30,283 nucleotides of DNA from a virus (taxonomy: Duplodnaviria; Caudoviricetes): positions 1 through 30,283 of IMG/VR virus record IMGVR_UViG_3300040985_000156. One strand, written 5' to 3'. Shown here in pieces: positions 6,558-13,784 of the stretch. The notes below the pieces were generated by a model that saw only the letters and a list, made by a program, of their open reading frames with translations, did not search any database and was not told where the DNA came from. Numbering within the stretch: the first letter of the stretch is position 1; each line of letters starts with the position of its first letter. Position numbers and translations under genes: made by a program.

Positions 6558-6853
6558 TGGCCTTTCCCCATGTTAGTAAAGCCGTAGTAAGCACCAACGA
6601 TAGCTGCGATAGACACATAGTAAATGTTACTCATGCTCGACAGCATCTGGCTAGCCTGCGGTAGTCCCATCCATTCAGCGAAGACAACACCGAAGGGGAA
6701 CACAAGCATCCCTGTCAGTGAGAACCAAGCCATGCGGCGCTGCGCATCCCGCTTAGCGTCAGCGTCTTCCATCTTACGGCGACGATCCTCGAGCATAATC
6801 TCACGCTCTTCCGGATCAAGCACCCCGTTCCCATTCAAGTCATACTCATTCAT
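6554..6853 (-). CDS. Two-TM membrane protein with an N-terminal EF-hand-like loop (holin/antiholin-like)
   Basis: DLNGNGVLDPEE 12-residue EF loop, QRRMAW followed by a TM segment, second TM ending in GAYYG. Confidence 0.65.
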   Translation of the reverse strand: MNEYDLNGNGVLDPEEREIMLEDRRRKMEDADAKRDAQRRMAWFSLTGMLVFPFGVVFAEWMGLPQASQMLSSMSNIYYVSIAAIVGAYYGFTNMGKGQ

Positions 6854-7266
6854 AGCGGTTTTCCTAACTCATCTATGGCGTCCCACGTACTGTCGAGGTC
6901 TGCCTTTAATTGTTTCAGCTTATCGTCGATGCCATCAGTAATTAGCTCGGCGCGTTCGACCTTGCTGCGGAGATCAAGCAACGTCTTCTGTTGCTCAAGG
7001 ATACTCACCATCTGTGTACTGATCTGAGATAGTTGAGTATTTAATCCAGCCACATTGTTCTCACCGATGGTTTGCTCAAGTGCCTGAATCCGTGAGGTTG
7101 CTGCGATAACTTCGTTGACAGATTTTTCCACTCCCCAGAAACGATTAACCACATCGTACCCGTAGTAAATACCACCACTAAGAGAGCCAAGAAGAGGAAG
7201 GGCAGCAGCAAGATACACTCCCTTAAACGTAAACCCGCCAACCTTGAGTTCTGTTTCATCCGCCAT
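6850..7266 (-). CDS. Membrane-anchored coiled-coil protein
   Basis: One N-proximal TM (VYLAAALPLLGSLSGGIYYGY) followed by about 95 aa with a heptad pattern. Confidence 0.75.
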   Translation of the reverse strand: MADETELKVGGFTFKGVYLAAALPLLGSLSGGIYYGYDVVNRFWGVEKSVNEVIAATSRIQALEQTIGENNVAGLNTQLSQISTQMVSILEQQKTLLDLRSKVERAELITDGIDDKLKQLKADLDSTWDAIDELGKPL

Positions 7267-8029
7267 ACGCTATGCCTGCGCTGTAGATGTCGTCCGCAGT
7301 TTTAAACTCGCCACTCAAGAAGCCTTCAAACCCAACAGCAGCCCAGCCATTGTTCTGATTAGTGTAGAAATCCATAAGCAAGAGGTCGGATGTGGCGTCG
7401 TAAGTTACGGTGTTGTACGAGGCTACCGAGATATTGTTCTGCGCAGCCCAGTTATCAGTCCAAGATGTGATCTGCGTGTTGTTAGACGCAGCTAGGAAAC
7501 CAGCCGCCTCCTGCGCATACGCCTCCACATCAGCCAGCGCTGTGTTGTATTCCTCAACATCCGCGTCCGTGACGGACATATCAGTGGTGGAGACCGCTTG
7601 CTGCACGTCCATTTGCTCTTGAACAGTATCAGCCTCCGCAGCCATCTCAGCTACCGCACCGACAGTTGCAAACGTAGTAGTCGCATCGACCAATGCATCA
7701 ATTGCCACCGACATATTATCCAGAGCCAAATCAGCTTGGTCCTCTAGCAGCATGGACGTGTTGTAATACTGGGCGCTCTGCACATCAGTTAGCGCGTCGT
7801 TGTATGCAGACACCATTTGAACATTCAACTGAGCCGCTGTGATCGACCCGTCAGGTGCAATGCCGCCGATACCGGCGTAGTAATTAGCCCCCGTTGCCAG
7901 TGTCCGTGATAACCTCACTTGATCCATCAGGTTGTCCGCTGCTGTTGCCAAGTTGCTGATTGTCTGGTCCGCTACGGCGGCGGAACCTGTCAGACAAAGA
8001 AGGCTGGTTCCGATTACTTGCTTCCACAT
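7256..8029 (-). CDS. Secreted acidic alpha-helical protein of unknown function
   Basis: Signal peptide MWKQVIGTSLLCLTGSAAVA|DQ with AAGGA RBS. The mature chain is Ala/Asp-rich and nearly free of K/R. Confidence 0.75.
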   Translation of the reverse strand: MWKQVIGTSLLCLTGSAAVADQTISNLATAADNLMDQVRLSRTLATGANYYAGIGGIAPDGSITAAQLNVQMVSAYNDALTDVQSAQYYNTSMLLEDQADLALDNMSVAIDALVDATTTFATVGAVAEMAAEADTVQEQMDVQQAVSTTDMSVTDADVEEYNTALADVEAYAQEAAGFLAASNNTQITSWTDNWAAQNNISVASYNTVTYDATSDLLLMDFYTNQNNGWAAVGFEGFLSGEFKTADDIYSAGIAYGG

Positions 8030-8615
8030 CAGGTAAGTCCTTTCCAATCATAAGTATTGCGTTCCAAAACGCTGTGCTCTCGCTGTACCCAACAACGAAT
8101 AGAGAAGGGTTGGACCTATACTTAACGAAAGCATCGCGTCCAATTAGCAATCGACCTGTAGCCACATCCATAATGGGGCAAGGTGTATTGGCTAATGCCA
8201 TAGCTCTGAACACGCGAGGCTCAGAACACATTACTGAAATACCAGAGACCTGCAGGCCCAGTCCACCAACAGCTTGCGGTGCGCCCATCAGCCTTGCGTC
8301 TTTACGCCTGTTGCATTGCTTGTCTTGCTCCATCGTCCCCTTGGCTATGCCAAACAAACTAACTTGGAATCCCTGTGAAGTGGGGATCAAGCAACTATCG
8401 TTACCTCCACCGCCCATCATGGTAGGTGCCATAGCTGTAGGTACAGGATTGCCCGTAACACCCTGCCCGCCGTTGTTGGTTACAGAGTTAGAGGTGTTGT
8501 TACTGTCAACATTAGAGCCAGCACCGATGTTGGTGTTGAGGTCTCCGTTAATATCTTGGGCAAAACATGGAGATGCCAGCAATATTATGGATAAGGCAAC
8601 GCGCTTAATTCGCAT
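7884..8615 (-). CDS. Secreted Cys-containing protein of unknown function
   Basis: Signal peptide MRIKRVALSIILLASPCFA|Q, Asn/Ser-rich linker, PVPTAMAP, then SC...C..RK...MC...TPCP. GGAGG RBS. Confidence 0.8.
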   Translation of the reverse strand: MRIKRVALSIILLASPCFAQDINGDLNTNIGAGSNVDSNNTSNSVTNNGGQGVTGNPVPTAMAPTMMGGGGNDSCLIPTSQGFQVSLFGIAKGTMEQDKQCNRRKDARLMGAPQAVGGLGLQVSGISVMCSEPRVFRAMALANTPCPIMDVATGRLLIGRDAFVKYRSNPSLFVVGYSESTAFWNAILMIGKDLPDVEASNRNQPSLSDRFRRRSGPDNQQLGNSSGQPDGSSEVITDTGNGG

Positions 8616-8824
8616 TGGACCTCCAGAACGTCTCTTATCTTAGCGTCATGGCACATAATAACGAGACCAGCATCGGGATACCCCATATTAGCAAGCGTCT
8701 CTGCATTTTTTCTAGCTTCACAAACTGCCTCACCCATACACACTGAAGGAAAAAGCATAGGGGTCTGGTTGTCTACCGTAGTGCAAGCGCCGAGAGCAAG
8801 CACAGGCAGTAGACGAATAATCAT
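8585..8824 (-). CDS. Small lipoprotein
   Basis: Lipobox LALGA|C at residue 14 and four further Cys. ATGA overlap with the upstream gene. Confidence 0.75.
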   Translation of the reverse strand: MIIRLLPVLALGACTTVDNQTPMLFPSVCMGEAVCEARKNAETLANMGYPDAGLVIMCHDAKIRDVLEVQCELSALPYP

Positions 8825-9015
8825 CCGACCTTCATCAAGACAGCAAAGAGAAGGCCGATAATAGAACCGGTAGCAGCAAGCATGATACTTTCCATGCGCT
8901 TAACCCGACCAAATAAATCTTTAAACTGAATCTTAACTTCAGTTTTTATGGCGATGACCTCTTTCTCAAGTCCATCAATGCGCTCATGCGCAGAAGCTAC
9001 CGTTCTCTTATCCAT
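8821..9015 (-). CDS. XhlA-like small membrane protein (coiled coil plus C-terminal TM)
   Basis: AHERIDGLE...RVKRMESIMLAATGSIIGLLFAVL. GAGG RBS. Confidence 0.65.
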   Translation of the reverse strand: MDKRTVASAHERIDGLEKEVIAIKTEVKIQFKDLFGRVKRMESIMLAATGSIIGLLFAVLMKVG

Positions 9016-9028
9016 TCTTTAACCTCAG

Positions 9029-9442
9029 TTACGGCTCAGTGGGCCAAGTTATTGTATTCGGGAAACCAGCTTGCTGCGGTACACCCAAGAGGTCTGTACG
9101 ATACGTGGTCCACTCAGTCTGCTTGGCTGCTGTTAGGTCAGCCCAACGCAAAGAGTTTGACACCAATGGGTCAACAACTGTGGCTAGGATGTTGTCACGT
9201 TTAGCACGGGCTTGTGCTGCTGTAGATGCATCTAGCTCTGCCTGAGTAGGGGCAACGTAGGCTGTGAAGTTAGAACCAATGAGAGCCATGACTTCTGCGT
9301 TGTCGATGGTTGTGTCAGTGTCGTAGTCTGTCAACAGGTAAGGTATCCAGCCGTAGTCTGGGTGATTAATCTCAACGTTGATGCTAGTGTTAGCTGCGTT
9401 CATTGATTGTGCGTTACGTACTTCTGTAATTGTAATGTTCAT
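9029..9442 (-). CDS. Tail fibre assembly chaperone
   Basis: EINHPDYGWIPY N-domain and RAKRD.IL...W..YR.DL..VPQQAGFP..ITWP C-domain. TAATG overlap. Confidence 0.85.
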   Translation of the reverse strand: MNITITEVRNAQSMNAANTSINVEINHPDYGWIPYLLTDYDTDTTIDNAEVMALIGSNFTAYVAPTQAELDASTAAQARAKRDNILATVVDPLVSNSLRWADLTAAKQTEWTTYRTDLLGVPQQAGFPNTITWPTEP

Positions 9443-9924
9443 TAGGAAATCCTTACCCATAGTCCTGGCATGCCCTTACCATTGGCCGCACCTGCGCCGC
9501 CCAAGTGCCTCCAAGTGCCCGATACAGATGTTTGGTTAGGTGACTGGTTCCAGCCATTATCATAAAATCCTTGCCCACCATATGCATCAATATTACTAGT
9601 AATTGCAAAAAGACTTGATGCAGTAACATCTAGGTTATAATCTGTTGAGTTTGCGGGCCTACCCCAGATGTGAGTCCCAACAGCACCGAAGGTTGTACTA
9701 GCACCAACACCAGTCAGGGCAGAACCATCAATAGCTGGTAATGCTCCTGTAAGGTTAGCTGCTGTTAAAGATGATGACGACTGCAAGGCTGTATTTGCCA
9801 AGGCACCCTGTGCTGCTGTAGCCAAGCCAGTCAAAGAGGAACCATTGCCTGTCATCCCATTGGGAAAGTCGGGTGCGCCTGAGCCAGCTTCGTCTGTGAT
9901 TGTATCTACTTTGATTGTACTCAT
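9442..9924 (-). CDS. Short tail fibre / receptor-binding subunit
   Basis: MSTIKVDTI anchor, ATAAQGALA stalk motif, GALPAIDGSALTG, and a C-terminal GAVGT...GTWR..G...LWVRIS tip. Confidence 0.75.
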   Translation of the reverse strand: MSTIKVDTITDEAGSGAPDFPNGMTGNGSSLTGLATAAQGALANTALQSSSSLTAANLTGALPAIDGSALTGVGASTTFGAVGTHIWGRPANSTDYNLDVTASSLFAITSNIDAYGGQGFYDNGWNQSPNQTSVSGTWRHLGGAGAANGKGMPGLWVRIS

Positions 9925-11147
9925 TAGACTACCTCCTCGCCAATAAGGGTTACAGTTGTTCCGCCGTCCATAGTGTAGAACTCATAGGTGTGCCTTTTAT
10001 CAATAGAGAGTGCCTGTGCGGGAGTATTCTCAACAGAGGCTGGAAGGGTTACTGTTGAGGCAGTGCCTAGGCCATACTCAAGAATACTATCAACCCCACT
10101 ACCTGCAATGTACATCTTTGTACCATCAGGTTTGAAGAATACACCGTGAGGGTATGACTCTTGAAAAGCTAAAGAGAAGTTCTGTAAGTAGGCTGCTGTA
10201 GAGACATCCCAAGCTGTGCCTAAGTCATACTCACTAACAGTACCTGTGAGACTACCTACCATATACATCTTTAAGCCATCAGGTTTGAAGAAGACACCTC
10301 TAGGGGCTGTATCTTGAGTAGCTACAGATTTAGCCTGTGAGAAAGAAGCTGTAGTTACATTCCAAGCTGTACTTAAGTCATACTCATTAACGTCATCTCC
10401 AGCAGTCCCTACAACATACATCTTAGTGCCATCAGGTTTAAAGAAGATACCTGTAGGGCTTGTCTCTTGATTAGATACAAAGAATAGCTGTAAGTAAGAA
10501 GCTGTAGTGACATCCCAAGCTGTGCTTAGGTTGTACTCATAAACAGCATCTCCGGTAGCACCTATCACGTACATCTTTGTACCATCGGGTTTAAAGAATA
10601 CACCATCGGGGTTTGCATCTTGAGTAGATACAGAGAAGTTCTGCAAGTAAGAAGCCGTAGAGACGTCCCAAGCTGTACTTAGGTTGTACTCGTTAACAGC
10701 ATCTCCAGCATTCCCTACCATGTACATCTTTGTACCATCAGGTTTGAAGAATACACCAGTTGGGGATGTCCCTTGAGTAACTACAGATTTAGCCTGTGAA
10801 AAGACTGCTGTAGTTGCATCCCATTCACCTGATAGACGAGATGGCTTAAAGCTATAACGCCAGTTAGCATTAGTAGGTACTGAAGCAAAACTAACAGTTG
10901 TGTTAGCTGTTAAGGCACCCTGACTAAAGAAGTTATAGGCTCCTACATCAAGTGAAGGTGTAGCACCTGACACAGCTACAGGCTTGAACGAGTCAACACC
11001 TGTAAGCCCTGAGCCATCGCCTGTAGTTGTAAGCAACTCACCAGCACTATCAGGCAGAGTGAGTGTACGGTTGGTATCACTGTCAGGGGCGGCAAGAGTG
11101 AACGTACCTGTCCCCGATGAATTAGGTGTTAAGGCTATCTTGCTCAT
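9924..11147 (-). CDS. Tail fibre / RBP with five beta-propeller (NHL/YVTN-like) repeats
   Basis: N-anchor SGTGTFTLAAP..NRTLTLPD and five 49-aa repeats P.G[VI]FFKPDG.KMY..G.....EY.L.TAWDV. Confidence 0.8.
   Translation of the reverse strand: MSKIALTPNSSGTGTFTLAAPDSDTNRTLTLPDSAGELLTTTGDGSGLTGVDSFKPVAVSGATPSLDVGAYNFFSQGALTANTTVSFASVPTNANWRYSFKPSRLSGEWDATTAVFSQAKSVVTQGTSPTGVFFKPDGTKMYMVGNAGDAVNEYNLSTAWDVSTASYLQNFSVSTQDANPDGVFFKPDGTKMYVIGATGDAVYEYNLSTAWDVTTASYLQLFFVSNQETSPTGIFFKPDGTKMYVVGTAGDDVNEYDLSTAWNVTTASFSQAKSVATQDTAPRGVFFKPDGLKMYMVGSLTGTVSEYDLGTAWDVSTAAYLQNFSLAFQESYPHGVFFKPDGTKMYIAGSGVDSILEYGLGTASTVTLPASVENTPAQALSIDKRHTYEFYTMDGGTTVTLIGEEVV
10070..10825 (-). repeat. Five diverged 147-bp coding repeats (propeller blades)
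   Basis: Recurrent TACATCTTTGTACCATC.GGTTT.AAGAA and CCCAAGCTGT blocks at 147-bp spacing. Boundaries approximate. Confidence 0.85.
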
Positions 11148-11404
11148 GCTGAAGGCTCCTGCGGCCAAGTGATTGTGTCGGGGAAACCAGACTGCGCAGG
11201 TACATCCCGTAGAGCCTGACGGTATGTTGTCATCTCTGCTGTCATCGTTACGTCACTGTTAGCTGTCCAGTCTGTTGCAGCTAGTAGATTGTCTCGTTTA
11301 CCACGAACCTCATCTTCAGTTGGGGGATGCTGTACGGTAACACCAAGGTGCTGCTCTTCTGTGACCTCAACAGACACCCCGTCTATAAAATGCGTGTATG
11401 TCAT
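11144..11404 (-). CDS. Tail fibre assembly chaperone (short form)
   Basis: VRGKRDNLLAATDW...YRQALRDVPAQSGFPDTITWP. Confidence 0.85.
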   Translation of the reverse strand: MTYTHFIDGVSVEVTEEQHLGVTVQHPPTEDEVRGKRDNLLAATDWTANSDVTMTAEMTTYRQALRDVPAQSGFPDTITWPQEPSA

Positions 11405-12135
11405 AGTTTGATCCCCCACACTTTGTAATAGCCTAACATAGTTCCAGTAGCTGAACCCCCTGCCGAAGTAGTAAAGTAGAAACTAGCATTTGCATTTACC
11501 TCTGAGAAACGCATAACTGCTTGGTTCTGAGTCAGGGCATAGGGTAGGTCATTTTTTAAAGCCATAATATTTGAATCAACTTGTGTAATCACAGAAGACT
11601 TATTTGCGTTGTATATGAAAACTTGTCCCTGCAAATAGCCACCAGTTGAAGCTGGGGCATTTCTAACACTAGCTATGAGTTGACTAGACTTCTCTAAAAC
11701 TGAAGAAGCAACTTGCGGATGGTCTCGTAGATAGAGGTACTCAGAACCCGTAATGGTTGTTGAGCTGCCATCACCAAGCCTCATATTAAAGTAGAGGTCC
11801 ATTGAGGTATTACTGTGTTTTACGTCATAAAGGTCTATGCAGATTACATCATACTCAGAATCTAGAGATAAGGTTACTGCCGATACACTTGAGAAATAAG
11901 TTCTGTCAGTTATAACAGAGGTGGCACCACCAACACCCGCAGCACCAAGAGCCGCCACGGTGGCAGCATCAACAGATGTAACCCCCGCAAGGGCGGGCTG
12001 CAAAGCTGTATCTGCTAAAGCACCTTGAGCAGCCGTAGCAATACCTGTAATGTTAGAACCGTCTAGGTCAGGTGCTGCTGCACTATCAATGTCAGGCGTA
12101 GTGATACCTGTTGATCCGTTTAATGTGATACTCAT
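11401..12135 (-). CDS. Tail fibre / RBP subunit
   Basis: MSITLNGSTGITTP anchor, ATAAQGALADTALQ stalk and a beta-rich C-terminal head ending YKVWGIK. ATGA overlaps. Confidence 0.75.
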   Translation of the reverse strand: MSITLNGSTGITTPDIDSAAAPDLDGSNITGIATAAQGALADTALQPALAGVTSVDAATVAALGAAGVGGATSVITDRTYFSSVSAVTLSLDSEYDVICIDLYDVKHSNTSMDLYFNMRLGDGSSTTITGSEYLYLRDHPQVASSVLEKSSQLIASVRNAPASTGGYLQGQVFIYNANKSSVITQVDSNIMALKNDLPYALTQNQAVMRFSEVNANASFYFTTSAGGSATGTMLGYYKVWGIKL

Positions 12136-13724
12136 AGTACGACCCACCTAGCTCCTGTTTCAATTGTAACTGAGACCCCAGCATCAATAGTGATAGGCCC
12201 AGTGGTCATGGCGTTCTTGCTTGCAGCTATTGTGTAGTTAGCTGTGACGTTCTGTTCGTTCTCATAAAAGATACCGTCTGCTGCACCACCGCCAATGCTG
12301 CCCCACTCGGTGCCGTTATATCCCTCAAAGGACGTATCGGTTGAGTTGAACCGCATAGCACCAGCAATCGGACCTGATGTTCGTTGGGCTGTTGTACCTG
12401 ATGGCAGGTTAGCTTGGCCTGTTGTAGCTGTAGCCTGTACTGACGCATCAGCCTTAACACCCTGTGCCGCCGTTGCATAGGCTGTAGAGTCAGTCGTGGC
12501 TGCGGAACCTAAACCTAAGTTAGTTCTTGATGTGGCTACGTTAGCCAAGTCAGACAGGTTGTTGGCTTGAAGCACCGCACCTGACAAAGAGGCATAAGCT
12601 GCAACCCACTGACTACCTGTATATACCTTCATCGCATCGTCTGTTGTATTGAAGTATAAAGCGCCTGAAACTAACGGATTACCGTCATTGTCAAGCGTAG
12701 GATCGGAAGCCTTGGCCCCCAGGTAACGATCATCAAAGCTATCAAGGGCAGCAAGTGCTGCATCCTTTGCGGCTTCCGATGCTGTAGCAGAGTTTGCACT
12801 TGCCGTGGCCGATGCAGCCGCCTCGCCAGCCTTAGTTGTTGCAATGCCAGCCTGAGTTGTTGCAGTAGAAGCGCTTGTCGCCGCGTTGCTTTCCGATGTA
12901 GAGGCATTGGTTGCGCTTGTTGCAGCTTCAGCAGCTTTGGTTGTGGCAGTTGCAGCATTTGCAGAAGCATTTTGAATGTCAGTAATATTTGCGGCAGCTG
13001 TATTTACAGAGGCAATTGATCCAGCAACAGTACCTATATCAGCACCATCAGCGGCGACCGTATTAATGTTTGATGTATTGCCGGCAACAGTTGTCACGTT
13101 TCCAGAGATACCGGAAACAGTGGTCACATCTGTGCGGATCGTATTGACGTTTGTAATCGCGTCAGTTGCAACCGTACCGTCTTGGATTTCTGCCAGCGTC
13201 TTAATGTCAGCAGAGATTGCCGCAATGGTATCGACATCCCCGATCTCTGGACCTGGCTCTGGGTCGCCTGTCGTAGCGTTAAAGCCAAGAACCGTACCCT
13301 TACGAGCATCCTTCAGAGGCAGCTCAAGGTCTGTGTAAACATCACCAGGATTAACGTACAGCCCACGGTTCAGCTTTTCATCAAGCTGTTGTGTCATAAT
13401 CACGTTACTGTCTAGCTGTTCATTCAAGCTAGAAGCTAGAAGATCACCGGCTGTAACGAAGTCTGTTGTACGGGAAAGCTCACGTCCACCAATGATCGTA
13501 AGAACATCAGATGCTATGAGAGCAGCAACCAAGGTAATAGATCCGGTCCCGTTTGCGTTAATACTTACCGAGTAATCCGCTGTCAGCGTTAGCTCCGTAG
13601 TCCCCTTAAAGACTGCGATATCACCACTGACTAAGATGTTGAATGTAAAGGCGTATGGCCCTGTTCCAGTATTACCTGTGAACTGAACGCGGCGCGTTAC
13701 TGGATTAATTGCAATATCACTCAT
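12132..13724 (-). CDS. Main tail fibre protein (T7 gp17-like N-terminal anchor)
   Basis: FTGN..TGPYAFTF, LNEQLD, TVAG.I..VN repeats, an Ala/Thr stalk, FDDRYLGAK.SDPT.DNDG, GTTAQR and IFYENEQ...GPIT. Confidence 0.88.
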   Translation of the reverse strand: MSDIAINPVTRRVQFTGNTGTGPYAFTFNILVSGDIAVFKGTTELTLTADYSVSINANGTGSITLVAALIASDVLTIIGGRELSRTTDFVTAGDLLASSLNEQLDSNVIMTQQLDEKLNRGLYVNPGDVYTDLELPLKDARKGTVLGFNATTGDPEPGPEIGDVDTIAAISADIKTLAEIQDGTVATDAITNVNTIRTDVTTVSGISGNVTTVAGNTSNINTVAADGADIGTVAGSIASVNTAAANITDIQNASANAATATTKAAEAATSATNASTSESNAATSASTATTQAGIATTKAGEAAASATASANSATASEAAKDAALAALDSFDDRYLGAKASDPTLDNDGNPLVSGALYFNTTDDAMKVYTGSQWVAAYASLSGAVLQANNLSDLANVATSRTNLGLGSAATTDSTAYATAAQGVKADASVQATATTGQANLPSGTTAQRTSGPIAGAMRFNSTDTSFEGYNGTEWGSIGGGAADGIFYENEQNVTANYTIAASKNAMTTGPITIDAGVSVTIETGARWVVL

Positions 13725-13749
13725 GTCGTTTTCCCGTTCATTTGTTCAC

Positions 13750-13778
13750 TCTATACCAGATTTCTTCCGACATTCCAA
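13750..13778 (-). promoter_or_regulatory. Candidate sigma70 promoter for the fibre/lysis genes
   Basis: Minus strand TTGGAA, 17 bp, TATAGA with a TGn extension, in the 60-bp intergenic gap. Confidence 0.45.
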
Positions 13779-13784
13779 TAAGTC

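Noticed and set aside
7960-8643. 227-aa plus-strand ORF
   Set aside because: Antisense shadow of the 7884..8615 gene, with no RBS or recognisable features. The same applies to other plus-strand ORFs across 6000-30000.
9029-13724. Diversity-generating retroelement acting on the fibres (BPP-1-like head-tail genes prompted the check)
   Set aside because: No reverse transcriptase in the window and no TR/VR pair differing only at adenines. The repeats are in-frame protein repeats.
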